In this document: one piece after another, positions 38,930 to 50,500 of the stretch
Layout: each line of letters begins with the position of its first letter
Position numbering within the stretch: the first letter of the stretch is position 1
Assembly (NCBI GenBank): GCA_021773295.1
Contig: JAJFKI010000027.1
Location: 59,885-123,884 of the forward strand
DNA from: Gammaproteobacteria bacterium
GTDB lineage: Bacteria > Pseudomonadota > Gammaproteobacteria > UBA1113
Length of the DNA: 64,000 bases
Reading direction: 5' to 3'
Translations under genes and position numbers: made by a program
Notes under the pieces: generated by a model
What the model was told of the DNA's origin: nothing
The model's input: only the letters and a program-made list of their open reading frames with translations
The model's database searches: none

Positions 38930-40036
38930 TTATTTGAACTCACTAATCTCAAGCCACTCAGTGGTATCATAGAAATGCTGAATTTGCTGTAGGTAAGGTT
39001 TGATATTTAAATGGTGCGCTTCTAGCCATTGCGGGTTATAGTAGGTCTCTTGATACACCATGCCCCTATCACACATTAAAGTGACAATAGAGCCTTTCTG
39101 ATCTTGTTTATTTATTTCATTGATTAACTGTAAGCAGGCATACAAATTAGTGCCCGTAGAGCCACCACCCCACATCCCCGTTAAATTTTTTAACCATTGG
39201 ATGGCAGCAACACTGGCCGCATCCGGCACTTTAATCATTCTATCGATAATGTGTGGGTTGAAGGATTGCTCGACTTGTTTGCGCCCTATTCCCTCGATAA
39301 GAGAATTTTTTTTAATGGTTATATCGGTATCCCCTTTCATATAAGCATCGTAATAACAGGAGTATTCGGGATCAACAACACATAACTTTGATTCTAAATT
39401 ATTATAAGAAATATTAGCGGAGATGCAGTCAGCTGTCCCTCCAGTGCCAGCACCACATACATACCAGATAGGTATAGGATAACGCTCCATCGACAACTGT
39501 CGGTTGATTGCATCCGCGATGGAATCGTCAGCGAGTAACATAACTTTTTCAGCATAGCGAAATTGATTCATGAAATGCCCATTGGTTTCTAATGCGATTT
39601 TCAAAGCGATTTTTCTGTCATCTTCATTGGGCTCAAGTAAATGGCAAGTACCACCTAGTTGCTCGATGCGGTGGATTTTATAGGGTGATGTCTTTTTTGA
39701 TAAAACGGCAATGAAATCTAAACCAAGGATTTGTGCGAAGTATGCCTCGGAGACTGCCGTGTTACCTGAAGAGGCTTCGATGACGGGCAGCCCTTCTTTG
39801 ATATGTCCATCAATGATGGCATACATAAATAAACGCCTTGCCATTCGATGTTTCAAGCTGCCGGTTTTATGTGCTGATTCATCTTTAAAATAAAGATCGA
39901 TATGAGGGATCTTTGGAAACCATACCCTCAATAAATTGGTATCTGCACTACGATTTGCATCTGCTTTTATGACATGAACAGCTTGTTTGCGCCAATGTCG
40001 AAGAGAACCTCTCATTGTTTGATATCTCCGTATCAA
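38930..40036 (-). CDS. PLP-dependent cysteine synthase-family enzyme, Cds1-like (putative cysteine desulfhydrase)
   Basis: KDESAHKTGSLKHR, ASSGNTAVSEAYFA, GAGTGGT, IEGIGR and GGSTGTN motifs. Confidence 0.85.
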   Translation of the reverse strand: MIRRYQTMRGSLRHWRKQAVHVIKADANRSADTNLLRVWFPKIPHIDLYFKDESAHKTGSLKHRMARRLFMYAIIDGHIKEGLPVIEASSGNTAVSEAYFAQILGLDFIAVLSKKTSPYKIHRIEQLGGTCHLLEPNEDDRKIALKIALETNGHFMNQFRYAEKVMLLADDSIADAINRQLSMERYPIPIWYVCGAGTGGTADCISANISYNNLESKLCVVDPEYSCYYDAYMKGDTDITIKKNSLIEGIGRKQVEQSFNPHIIDRMIKVPDAASVAAIQWLKNLTGMWGGGSTGTNLYACLQLINEINKQDQKGSIVTLMCDRGMVYQETYYNPQWLEAHHLNIKPYLQQIQHFYDTTEWLEISEFK

Positions 40037-40167
40037 TCCATTACTTTCTTAAGTCTAGTACGGCTTTGGGTCATGCTCAATTATCAAACAAGAAAATATT
40101 AGATATTTCAGCAAGTTAAAAAAACCTTAAGATCAGTAAGGATTTTTTGTTCTATACTTGAATCGTT

Positions 40168-41784
40168 ATGAAGCGCAAAACAACCCTAATAATGACGATT
40201 ATTGTCGCCTTTCTAGTATCAACCGTGCCTATCGGCTTATTGCTGTGGTATACCTATCATGAAACTATGGACACACAATTAGAGATTACTATTAATGAAG
40301 CCATTGCAAGTTCTGATAAATTATCCAAGGGCTTAGCGCGCATTGAAAAAATTACTGAGCCATTAAAAACAGTTCCAGCTGAATGCTCTACAGCAGTCAT
40401 CAATAAATTAATTGAAATTGAATATACCATGCCAGAAGTTCGACTTGTTGGTTTAGTATCAAAAGATGGTAAGTTAATCTGTACGAGTCATGGACTCAAT
40501 GAGCGTTTTAATCAAGATGAGTATACGTTTTTATTGGGTAAGCACGGATTAAAAGTCTCAGGCCCTGTAAAGAATCACCTCATTCCTCAACCTGTGATGG
40601 TGGTTTCTAATAATCGTGATGACGGTAATTATATTATTGCTGTTGTTTTGCCACAAACAACACAAAAATATTTAAGTACACGCCATGGTAAAGATGGCTT
40701 CTCTGCAATAACGCGAGAAGATCACACGGAATTTTTTACTGATCATCCGCACGACACTACGGGCGTCAAATTATTAAATGTAGCTTATTTAAAAAATGAT
40801 ACCATTGTGGCAAAGGCAAAATTTAACGATGGCACAGTTCGCACCCTGGTTTCAAATAAGGTTGATCAAACGGGCGATATTTATGTAACTATTGGTGTTA
40901 CTGAAAATTGGCTGCTTCACAGTTGGTATCGTTTAGCTATGTTTCAAATTAGTATTGCTATTATTTTTATGATTGCTGTTGTTTTTATGGCAATACTAGT
41001 AACAAAACGGCGACTGTCTCTTAGCAAGGAATTAGAACGCGCTATTAAGCATAATGAATTAAGAGTTTATTATCAACCTGTCATTGACTTGCAAACGAAT
41101 CGATGTGTTGGTGCAGAGGCGTTATTGCGTTGGCTCCACCCAGAGCGGGATATCATTCGTCCTGATCTCTTTGTGCCGTTGGCAGAGGCCAGCGGGATGA
41201 TTGTGCCCATAACCGAGTGGCTGATCGATACCGTGATTGATGAATTTGGGCAGCATTTAAAAAATGACAAGGACATGCATATTGCCATTAACCTTAGCCC
41301 AAATCATTTTGATAATGGACAAATCATTGAAGATACAAACCGTCATTTAAAAGAATCCGGTGTTGACTACCATCAAATTATTTATGAAATTACTGAGCGA
41401 TCGTTGATTCCTAATAAAGACCAACAACCTCGCGAAATTATGGAAAAATTGAAAAGCTTGAATGCTCAATTAGCCTTAGATGATTTCGGAACGGGTTATT
41501 CAAGTTTAAGTTATCTTTCCTCATTCCCGCTTGATTATTTAAAAATCGATAAAATTTTTACGGAAAGTATTGGTACCGGTGCAATCACCGAAAATTTAGT
41601 CGACTCGATTATTGCTATGGCAAAAAACTTAAACTTAAGCGTTATTGCTGAAGGCATTGAAACAAAAGAGCAACTAGAGCATTTGAAAAAGAATGGTGTT
41701 AGCTATGGACAAGGTTGGTACTATTCCCAACCTCTTCCCTTTAATGAATTTATCGCCTTCATGATTAATTTTAATAATCACTAA
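40168..41784 (+). CDS. Membrane-anchored EAL c-di-GMP phosphodiesterase with CSS-motif-like periplasmic domain
   Basis: Two TMs; periplasmic ECST and LICTS cysteines; EALLRW, EITE, DDFGTGYSS and EGIE motifs. Confidence 0.92.
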   Translation: MKRKTTLIMTIIVAFLVSTVPIGLLLWYTYHETMDTQLEITINEAIASSDKLSKGLARIEKITEPLKTVPAECSTAVINKLIEIEYTMPEVRLVGLVSKDGKLICTSHGLNERFNQDEYTFLLGKHGLKVSGPVKNHLIPQPVMVVSNNRDDGNYIIAVVLPQTTQKYLSTRHGKDGFSAITREDHTEFFTDHPHDTTGVKLLNVAYLKNDTIVAKAKFNDGTVRTLVSNKVDQTGDIYVTIGVTENWLLHSWYRLAMFQISIAIIFMIAVVFMAILVTKRRLSLSKELERAIKHNELRVYYQPVIDLQTNRCVGAEALLRWLHPERDIIRPDLFVPLAEASGMIVPITEWLIDTVIDEFGQHLKNDKDMHIAINLSPNHFDNGQIIEDTNRHLKESGVDYHQIIYEITERSLIPNKDQQPREIMEKLKSLNAQLALDDFGTGYSSLSYLSSFPLDYLKIDKIFTESIGTGAITENLVDSIIAMAKNLNLSVIAEGIETKEQLEHLKKNGVSYGQGWYYSQPLPFNEFIAFMINFNNH

Positions 41785-41836
41785 TTATTCTAGGCTCGTT
41801 TGAATATTACAGACTGACTTGTGCTACGTAAAAAAT

Positions 41837-41860
41837 GTAGGGGCGCTTCGCGAAGCGCCC
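41837..41860 (+). repeat. GTAG-tagged REP palindrome between convergent genes
   Basis: GTAG followed by the perfect palindrome GGGCGCTTCGCGAAGCGCCC. Confidence 0.75.
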
Positions 41861-41885
41861 TCTTAGTTGAATCAGGAGGAGTATA

Positions 41886-43127
41886 TTACTCAATGGTAAC
41901 TTTTAAACCTGTAATTGCATTTGGTAATTGTGTAGTGATAATGTAGTCACCCTCTTTTAAACGTTGGCTTTGGATTAAATAATATTGCGTATTTTTAAGA
42001 TCTGTGACACCAATTTTTTTAATCGTTGCTGCCAATAGACGACCATCAACAATTTTGAAAACTTGGTTACCGTTGAAGATCGAAGTAACAGGAACCGCGA
42101 AAACATTGTTAACAGGCAGTAAATCAACTTTCAAGGGAATTGTTCTGCCAATCACAGCATCAGTGATTGATTCGTCAAACCTGAAGAGCGCATCAATGCC
42201 TAATCGACCTCGCTCCGCCCTGCCCGCTAAACGACTTAAAGTTAGGCTGTAAGGTTTATTATTAATACGCGTGGTAGCTGTTATTTTATCGCCCCTGGTA
42301 ACAGCATCCCTCGCACGTTGCACATATTGTTCTGGAATTTGGCAGCGGACTTCAGCAAAGCGGCTGTCATACAGTTGAATTAACACATCACCGGTTTTCA
42401 CTCTATCACCCGTTGATACGGACAGCATGGTGACTCGACCATCAAACGGTGCTGTTACTAAGGTTTTCTCTAGTTCAATGTTCGTTAAATCAAACAGTGC
42501 TTTGGCTTTCATTAATTTTGCTTGTAATTGCGCTAGACGATTTTGATGATCTTTAATATCATTTTCACGTTGTGTGACCGTTAAACGGCGGCGATTTAAT
42601 TCTTCATGCGCTTGGTCTAGAGCGAGTTCAGAGCCTGCCAATGTTTTGGTTAAATGCTCACGACGTCCCACATTTTTTTGCGCAATAGCCACAAGGGCTT
42701 TTTCATGCTCGAGTGATTGCACGTCTGTTTCGTTACGTCTTTTTTCTGCTGCAATTTGCGCTTCGAAATCATTCACATCTGCTTGACGTTGCTGTAATAA
42801 CAACTTTAGCTCTCTATCTTCCAATTGAACTAATGGATCACCTTTTTTGACTTCGACCCCTTCACGTACATAGACTTTTGTGATGTCAGCTTCAATGCGC
42901 GCTTTTCGCTCCACCATTTCTGGAGATTCAATTCTCCCATAAAGGATTAGATAAGGCGCGTATGTGCCCTTTTCCAGTTTAATGATGTTAACGGGCCAAC
43001 TGGCTTCTTTAGTTGGGCTAATTGTGGTGCCCTTTTTGCTGATAATAAGGATAAACACCACCAATAATGCAACACCTATGATGCCATAGGGTAAATATTT
43101 TTTAATTGTTTGTTTATCCCAGTTCAT
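41886..43127 (-). CDS. RND efflux periplasmic adaptor (MFP)
   Basis: N-terminal TM, lipoyl halves (V.EG..VKKGD.L; APFDG.V), long alpha-hairpin. Confidence 0.88.
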   Translation of the reverse strand: MNWDKQTIKKYLPYGIIGVALLVVFILIISKKGTTISPTKEASWPVNIIKLEKGTYAPYLILYGRIESPEMVERKARIEADITKVYVREGVEVKKGDPLVQLEDRELKLLLQQRQADVNDFEAQIAAEKRRNETDVQSLEHEKALVAIAQKNVGRREHLTKTLAGSELALDQAHEELNRRRLTVTQRENDIKDHQNRLAQLQAKLMKAKALFDLTNIELEKTLVTAPFDGRVTMLSVSTGDRVKTGDVLIQLYDSRFAEVRCQIPEQYVQRARDAVTRGDKITATTRINNKPYSLTLSRLAGRAERGRLGIDALFRFDESITDAVIGRTIPLKVDLLPVNNVFAVPVTSIFNGNQVFKIVDGRLLAATIKKIGVTDLKNTQYYLIQSQRLKEGDYIITTQLPNAITGLKVTIE

Positions 43128-44539
43128 TAACTCTCTTTATGCTTACGTGCTACGCCAGTTTTAATTGCTGCCTTGACCACAGCTTCTGCAACTGCTGGTG
43201 CAATATTACTATCGAAGACACTAGGAATAATGTAATCCGGAAATAGCGCGTTATCATCAATGACTTCTGCGATTGCATAAGCGGCAGCTAATTTCATTTC
43301 TTCGTTAATTTCTGATGCCATACAGTCTAATGCGCCACGAAATATGCCGGGAAATGCTAACACATTGTTAATTTGATTGGGGTAATCACTACGCCCTGTT
43401 GCCATGATGGCAACATGGGGCATGGCTAATTCTGGCATAATTTCTGGTGTTGGATTTGCCATAGCAAATACGATAGGATCCTTATTCATCGATTTAATAT
43501 CACCAACGGTGAGGATGTTTGGCACAGACAAACCAATGAACACATCAGCCCCAACCAACGCTTGCTGTAAGCTGCCTTCAATATTATCAGAATTTGTTAT
43601 TTCAGCGTAGGCTTGCTTGACCGGGTCTAAATATTTACGGTTACGATGTACAACACCTTTGCTATCACAACCAATGATATTTTTAACACCGAATTTAAGT
43701 AGCATTTTCGTACAAGCAATGCCGGCTGCTCCTACGCCACTAAATACGATTTTCAAATCCTTGGGTTGTTTTTTCACTATTTTAAGCGCATTAATAAAAG
43801 CTGCTGTTAAAACGATGGCTGTTCCATGTTGATCATCATGGAACACTGGAATATCCAATTCACGTTTCAAACGTTCTTCAATTTCAAAACAGCGTGGTGC
43901 TGAAATGTCTTCAAGATTAATACCACCAAATCCTGGAGAAATATGCTTAATGGTTTTAATAATTTCTTCGGTGTTTTTAGTATCTAAGCAAATGGGGAAG
44001 GCATCAACATCGGCTATATCTTTAAATAGCATCGCTTTACCTTCCATCACCGGCATAGCCGCCTTTGGTCCTATATCGCCTAAGCCTAAGACTGCCGTGC
44101 CATCGGTTACAACAGCCACCGTATTGCGTTTGATTGTTAAATTATAGGCATCGGCCTCATTTTTGTGAATCGCTGTGCAAATCCGCGCTACACCCGGTGT
44201 ATAAGCCATTGATAAATCGTCACGATTTTTAATGGGGCTTTTACTTTTTACCTGAATTTTGCCACCGATATGATAGAGAAACGTTCTATCAGACGTGTGG
44301 ACGATTTTTACTTTATCAAACTCACTTAATGCTTTTACAATTAACTCTGCATGCTCAGGATCGCTGGCATTGATTGTGATATCACGGATAATGGTATCTT
44401 GCTTTACTCGAATAATATCAACAGCACCAATATTACCATCATGATGGGCAATGATAGACATCACATCGGATAAAACGCCCGCGTGGTTTTCTAGCTGTAG
44501 TCTGACAATAATGGAGTTACTTGCACCGATGGTTAACAT
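43127..44539 (-). CDS. NAD(P)-dependent malic enzyme with N-terminal ACT domain
   Basis: AYTPGVA, VTDGTAVLGLG, NLEDI, HDDQHGT, ANPTPEI and NQINN motifs; start at ATG 44539 after GAGG. Confidence 0.93.
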   Translation of the reverse strand: MLTIGASNSIIVRLQLENHAGVLSDVMSIIAHHDGNIGAVDIIRVKQDTIIRDITINASDPEHAELIVKALSEFDKVKIVHTSDRTFLYHIGGKIQVKSKSPIKNRDDLSMAYTPGVARICTAIHKNEADAYNLTIKRNTVAVVTDGTAVLGLGDIGPKAAMPVMEGKAMLFKDIADVDAFPICLDTKNTEEIIKTIKHISPGFGGINLEDISAPRCFEIEERLKRELDIPVFHDDQHGTAIVLTAAFINALKIVKKQPKDLKIVFSGVGAAGIACTKMLLKFGVKNIIGCDSKGVVHRNRKYLDPVKQAYAEITNSDNIEGSLQQALVGADVFIGLSVPNILTVGDIKSMNKDPIVFAMANPTPEIMPELAMPHVAIMATGRSDYPNQINNVLAFPGIFRGALDCMASEINEEMKLAAAYAIAEVIDDNALFPDYIIPSVFDSNIAPAVAEAVVKAAIKTGVARKHKES

Positions 44540-45188
44540 AATTGGCCTCACATTTTTCGAAATGTTGATAATCTTGTAGCTTTTTCCAATCACCGCCCCA
44601 GGACCAGTCATAACGATCAAATAATTTGTAGGCAAGGGTGTTGTGATTAATCATGCCTTTATGGTTTTTACTACGATCGGCGAAGGCAGCGCCGTTAATG
44701 GGTAGCACAATCGCGCCACGGATATAAGGATTAACGCGTGTATTAATATCAATAGCAAAACCATAAGCATGAGATGAATAGCGATTGTTTCTGCCAGTAA
44801 TAGGACGACAATTAAAACCGGATGTATTATTGGATTCCATCGCAGCTTCATCATTACCTTGGTAATAATACATGGGATGCATGCGCTCGATGGGAAAATG
44901 TGCTTGATAAAGTTGCTCGAAAATACTCGTTACTTGCTGTGCGATTTGTTGATTAACAATTAAATGACCTTTATGTGGCTTACTATCAAACCCCCAGTAT
45001 ATTATCGTTAAATAGCGCAATTGTGATAATGGGATTGGACAACCTTGATGCCAAGTGATACCAATCATTTCTTCTTGGGTGGATTTTGGAATGTGCTGCA
45101 TGGTTTTAGCAGGAATAGCATAAGCCATTGTTGTGGCCCAAAGTGCCAAGAGTATAATGACAGTGTAGTACGTTCGTTTGTGACTCAT
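44517..45188 (-). CDS. M15 family metallopeptidase (D,D-carboxypeptidase-like), secreted
   Basis: FNCR, SSHAYGFAID (SxHxxGxAxD), WGGDW and DYQHFE motifs; signal peptide. Confidence 0.9.
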   Translation of the reverse strand: MSHKRTYYTVIILLALWATTMAYAIPAKTMQHIPKSTQEEMIGITWHQGCPIPLSQLRYLTIIYWGFDSKPHKGHLIVNQQIAQQVTSIFEQLYQAHFPIERMHPMYYYQGNDEAAMESNNTSGFNCRPITGRNNRYSSHAYGFAIDINTRVNPYIRGAIVLPINGAAFADRSKNHKGMINHNTLAYKLFDRYDWSWGGDWKKLQDYQHFEKCEANYVNHRCK

Positions 45189-45204
45189 CCCTTTTCCTTA
45201 GGGT

Positions 45205-45897
45205 TTACGTAAAATAATGGCGAATACCAACGCCTACCGCGGTTGAGCCTGAATTACTTGAATCATACATGCCAAACACGCCAGAGCGATGGTGGATGCG
45301 ATAAAGTAACTGCCAGTCTGGTCGTTTGGGTAATGACAGCGTTGCTTCAAACGATAAATAATTTTCAAAACGCCGGCCATTAATTTGTTTGCCCATGTCC
45401 CGCTGCTCACGCCACGGGATCGCACTGGCATAAGATACCCCTTCCCCGATAGCAAATGTTGTGGTGAGGAAATGATTCCAGGGAAAGTTAATCCAACGTA
45501 CATCGATATAAGGATTAACTTCATAAATAGTCCCGATAGGATCATTTTGGTAGGTAACGTTACCATTGACTTCAAACTTAGCCCTAAACTGATCAAAAAA
45601 CTGACTTAATGGATTCTGGGGAGATAATCGGTATGATATTTCACCAGAATATAAATTAGCCCGACCGCGTTCAATATTAAACCGTAACACTTCATTTAGC
45701 AAACTGCTTGTCATTTTGCTGTAATAGACAGCAATGCCCAGTAAACCTTGATCAGGCTGAGGTTGGTAAACACGACGTTGCTGTGGGCTCATAGTATCAG
45801 CTGTAGCTGTAGCATCAGCGCTAGCGCAGACTAAGCGACTGTTCAGGCTTAATAGGATACTCAAGATCACTAACAGATTTATTCTCGTCATTCGCAT
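45205..45897 (-). CDS. Outer-membrane beta-barrel, PagL-like
   Basis: Signal peptide, GEGVSY, RIHHRSG, amphipathic C-terminal strand ending YFT. Confidence 0.65.
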   Translation of the reverse strand: MRMTRINLLVILSILLSLNSRLVCASADATATADTMSPQQRRVYQPQPDQGLLGIAVYYSKMTSSLLNEVLRFNIERGRANLYSGEISYRLSPQNPLSQFFDQFRAKFEVNGNVTYQNDPIGTIYEVNPYIDVRWINFPWNHFLTTTFAIGEGVSYASAIPWREQRDMGKQINGRRFENYLSFEATLSLPKRPDWQLLYRIHHRSGVFGMYDSSNSGSTAVGVGIRHYFT

Positions 45898-45898
45898 A

Positions 45899-46573
45899 TT
45901 ATTTTTCGTCTATTGTTTCTGATAACTCTGATGAGCTGTAATACTTAACGCCAATCTTAATAGGCGTTCTCCCTTTACTGATGCGCCATTGATTAGTGTC
46001 CCTTAAGGAATAAGCACAGCCGCAGTATTCTTGCTGATAGAATGCTTCACGCTTGGAAATTTCAATCATGCGTTGTGAGCCACCGCCTTTGCGCCAATTG
46101 TAGGTCCAGTAAATCATATCAGGATAATGGCCTGCAGCGCGCTCGCCACAGTCGTTGATTTGGGCCATGTTTTTCCAGCGAGAAATGCCAAGGGAACTGC
46201 TGATAACATTAAAGCCATGCTCATGGGCATAGAGCGCTGTGCGCTCGAAACGCATGTCAAAACACATGGTGCAGCGAATGCCTCGTTCTGGTTCATTTTC
46301 CATCCCTTTTGCTCGTTCAAACCAATTATCGACGTCGTAATCAGCATCGACGAAAGGGATATCATGTTTCTTTGCAAAACGAATATTTTCATCCTTGCGG
46401 ATTTCGTATTCTCTTTTGGGGTGGATATTGGGATTGTAAAAGTAAATGGTAAAATCGATTTCTGATTCGACTAAGCGTTCCATCACTTCACCACTGCAAG
46501 GGGCGCAGCAAGAATGTAATAATAATTTCGATTCGCCACTGGGTAATGTAAGCATTGGTTTTTGGTGCGTCAT
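45899..46573 (-). CDS. queH: Epoxyqueuosine reductase QueH (DUF208)
   Basis: [23 protein letters not shown] and YQQEYCGC motifs. Confidence 0.93.
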   Translation of the reverse strand: MTHQKPMLTLPSGESKLLLHSCCAPCSGEVMERLVESEIDFTIYFYNPNIHPKREYEIRKDENIRFAKKHDIPFVDADYDVDNWFERAKGMENEPERGIRCTMCFDMRFERTALYAHEHGFNVISSSLGISRWKNMAQINDCGERAAGHYPDMIYWTYNWRKGGGSQRMIEISKREAFYQQEYCGCAYSLRDTNQWRISKGRTPIKIGVKYYSSSELSETIDEK

Positions 46574-46580
46574 TATTTTT

Positions 46581-47861
<1,281 letters not shown>

Positions 47862-48158
47862 TTACTCATTAATCGTTGCTGACCAATAAACGATGTGTTC
47901 TGCTTCGATGGTTTCTTGCAATTCACCAATAACCTTTTTCATGGTTTCTGGTATATCAAAAAACTCAACCACTAGAGGCAAATCACTGCTTAAATCCATA
48001 AATTTAACATTATGCATCTCGCCCGACTGCCCAAAACCTTCAATGCCACGAAACACGGTGACGCCGCGTACTTGTGCTTGTGATTTTAAATATTTCAGTA
48101 ATTCTCGCAATTTATGCTCTGACTCTGTCATATAGATACGACACATGATTACATCCAT
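47862..48158 (-). CDS. DUF190 (PII-like) protein
   Basis: RIY..E, GVTVFRGIEGFG and LS.DLP.VVE motifs; start coupled to the crcB stop (TAATG). Confidence 0.88.
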   Translation of the reverse strand: MDVIMCRIYMTESEHKLRELLKYLKSQAQVRGVTVFRGIEGFGQSGEMHNVKFMDLSSDLPLVVEFFDIPETMKKVIGELQETIEAEHIVYWSATINE

Positions 48159-48532
48159 TACCAATGCCTCCCTAAGCTGATCCCGGCCCATGCTGCGAGT
48201 AAACAAAATATGAAACTCGCGGCAATATTACTAAGTGCTAACATATTTCTTCCTGCCATCATTAAATTGATTGTGTCTACCGAGAAAGTAGAAAAAGTAG
48301 TAAACGCGCCAAGAAAACCGATAAAAATTGCATTGCGAGTTTCTACGGCGACGTTAAATTCATTGAGTAATACAATCCCTAGCAAGCCTAATAAAAACGA
48401 TCCTAAAATATTCACGCTTAAAGTGCCATAAGGAAATTGGCGGCTGGTAAATGAGTGCACCATAATCACCATCAAGTAGCGAGCCATTGCCCCAAATGCG
48501 CCAGCGATGCCGATGTAGATTAATTGTTTCAC
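48158..48532 (-). CDS. crcB: Fluoride channel Fluc/CrcB
   Basis: GA.ARY, PYGTL.VN..GSF and GFLGAFTTFSTF motifs. Confidence 0.95.
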   Translation of the reverse strand: MKQLIYIGIAGAFGAMARYLMVIMVHSFTSRQFPYGTLSVNILGSFLLGLLGIVLLNEFNVAVETRNAIFIGFLGAFTTFSTFSVDTINLMMAGRNMLALSNIAASFIFCLLAAWAGISLGRHW

Positions 48533-49860
48533 CCTTGCTCCTCAACATATTGCTCATCTAAAACGCGCAATTGTGCTAGCTTGTCTTTGATCTTAATTTC
48601 TAAGCCTCTGGGTACAGGCTGATAATAATTTTTTGGTGGCATTTCCTCTGGGAAGTAATGCTCACCAGCGGCATAGGCATGCGGTTCATCATGAGCATAG
48701 CGATAATGCTTACCGAAGCCTAATTTCTTCATTAATTTTGTCGGTGCATTGCGAATATGTACTGGCACCGACAGTGAACTTGATTGCTTTGCATCGCGCA
48801 TTGCTTCATTAAATGCTTTGTAAACGGCATTACTTTTGGGTGCTACTGCAAGATAAACAATGGCTTGAGCAATGGCTAACTCCCCTTCTGGCGATCCTAA
48901 GCGTTGCTGTACATCCCATGCGTTTAAACTAATTCGTAAAGCTCTGGGATCAGCATTGCCAATATCCTCAGAGGCCATGCGTAGCATACGCCTGGCGATA
49001 TAAAGTGGATCGCAACCGCCATCTAGCATACGCGCAAACCAGTACAATGCCGCATCGGGATTAGAGCCTCGCACAGATTTGTGCAGCGCAGATATTTGAT
49101 CATAAAACACATCACCCTGCTTATCGAAACGTCGCAAGCGATTAGGTATAGCTTGCTTTATTAGATTTTGATCTAAATGAATCTCACCCTGATAACTTGA
49201 AGCAAGACTAACAATGATTTCCAGCGCGTTAAGCGCTTGGCGTGCATCACCATCGGCTAATTCGGCTAAGATGCTTGGCACATCTTCTTGGTAACTAATA
49301 TTTAGAGTACCTAAACCCTTGTCTTCATCAATGATGGCATGTTTTACGATAGTGGTAATTTCTGATTTCGATAAAGGATTTAAAACATAGACTCTAGCAC
49401 GAGAGAGCAAGGCATTGTTTAATTCAAAGGAAGGATTCTCCGTGGTTGCACCGATAAAGGTTAAAGTACCATCTTCCACAAACGGCAAAAAAGCATCTTG
49501 TTGTGCTTTGTTAAAGCGATGCACTTCATCCATGAACAATATTGTCGATTGCTGCATCCCTTGTCGTTTCTTCGCCCTGTCAACAGCAGCTCGTACATCC
49601 TTAACACCAGAAAACACCGCAGACAAATATTCTAACTCAGCATTTGATCTGGCAGCTAATAATTTAGCAAGTGTTGTTTTACCAATGCCTGGGGGGCCCC
49701 ACAAAATCATGGAGTGTAATTTTCCTTGTTCAACAGCTAAGCGCAGAGGTTTGTCCTTGCCTAATAAATGAGATTGCCCAACGAATTCATCAATAGTTTG
49801 CGGGCGCATACGCGCGGCTAAAGGCTGTAACTGCTCGTCAATGCTAGCCTCAGGCTTCAT
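48529..49860 (-). CDS. rarA: Replication-associated recombination protein A
   Basis: PLAARMRP, GPPGIGKTT, DEVHRFNKAQQD, SALHKS and ASEDIG motifs. Confidence 0.96.
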   Translation of the reverse strand: MKPEASIDEQLQPLAARMRPQTIDEFVGQSHLLGKDKPLRLAVEQGKLHSMILWGPPGIGKTTLAKLLAARSNAELEYLSAVFSGVKDVRAAVDRAKKRQGMQQSTILFMDEVHRFNKAQQDAFLPFVEDGTLTFIGATTENPSFELNNALLSRARVYVLNPLSKSEITTIVKHAIIDEDKGLGTLNISYQEDVPSILAELADGDARQALNALEIIVSLASSYQGEIHLDQNLIKQAIPNRLRRFDKQGDVFYDQISALHKSVRGSNPDAALYWFARMLDGGCDPLYIARRMLRMASEDIGNADPRALRISLNAWDVQQRLGSPEGELAIAQAIVYLAVAPKSNAVYKAFNEAMRDAKQSSSLSVPVHIRNAPTKLMKKLGFGKHYRYAHDEPHAYAAGEHYFPEEMPPKNYYQPVPRGLEIKIKDKLAQLRVLDEQYVEEQG

Positions 49861-50486
49861 TGTTTTTTCGCACCGATGACATCTACCCCGGCTGGTGGTT
49901 TAAAGGTGAATTGATTCGCGGCAATATTAGGATTCACTTTTACCGCGCTAAAGTTTAACTTTACAAATTGACCTAAATTATCTTTGAATTCCATCCTTAT
50001 GAGTTGATTGTTGTTAAAAGCCATATGTAATTGTTGAAATACGCCCTGCTGTTGTTTTGGCGTTAATTTAAAGATTTGCTGAGTTTGTTGTTGTTTTACT
50101 AGCTCGATTTGATAATTCTTTTCGATATCGCTAGCGCTACCACTGAGTAACATGGCCGGCGTATTGTTTTGTAACTTCTTCAAATAGCGTACACTAGCTT
50201 GCTCTAAGTCTACGTCATAGATCCAGAGTAAATTGCCATCGGTGACGATTAATTGTTTATTAGGTTTTAGTGTATACCAACGGAATTTTTTAGGTCGTTC
50301 CACCGCCATGGTGCCGCTGGCTTGTTGTAGTAATTTGCCTTTGCTATTAAAGGTTTTTTGTTGGAAATTTGCGGTCATACTCTTGAGCGAACCTAAGATT
50401 TTTTCAAAGGCAGCTGATGCATCATTCGGTACTGCTAGTGCAATGGCTGGCATCAGTATTAAAAGTGTAAGAATTCGTTTGATCAT
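49857..50486 (-). CDS. lolA: Outer-membrane lipoprotein chaperone LolA
   Basis: Signal peptide; RP..FRW, W.YD.DLEQ and F.F.PP.GVD motifs; ftsK-lolA-rarA synteny. Confidence 0.93.
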   Translation of the reverse strand: MIKRILTLLILMPAIALAVPNDASAAFEKILGSLKSMTANFQQKTFNSKGKLLQQASGTMAVERPKKFRWYTLKPNKQLIVTDGNLLWIYDVDLEQASVRYLKKLQNNTPAMLLSGSASDIEKNYQIELVKQQQTQQIFKLTPKQQQGVFQQLHMAFNNNQLIRMEFKDNLGQFVKLNFSAVKVNPNIAANQFTFKPPAGVDVIGAKKQ

Positions 50487-50500
50487 GTCTATTTACCTCA

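Noticed and set aside
44540-44635. Extended N-terminus of the malic enzyme (also the ORF-track extensions of ETF-QO, etfB, carbonic anhydrase, DUF190 and GATase)
   Set aside because: Downstream starts with RBS match family N-termini; the extensions are longest-ORF artefacts
48529-48620. Fluoride riboswitch ahead of crcB
   Set aside because: crcB overlaps the rarA stop (GTGA), so there is no leader; crcB in this operon is ordinary synteny
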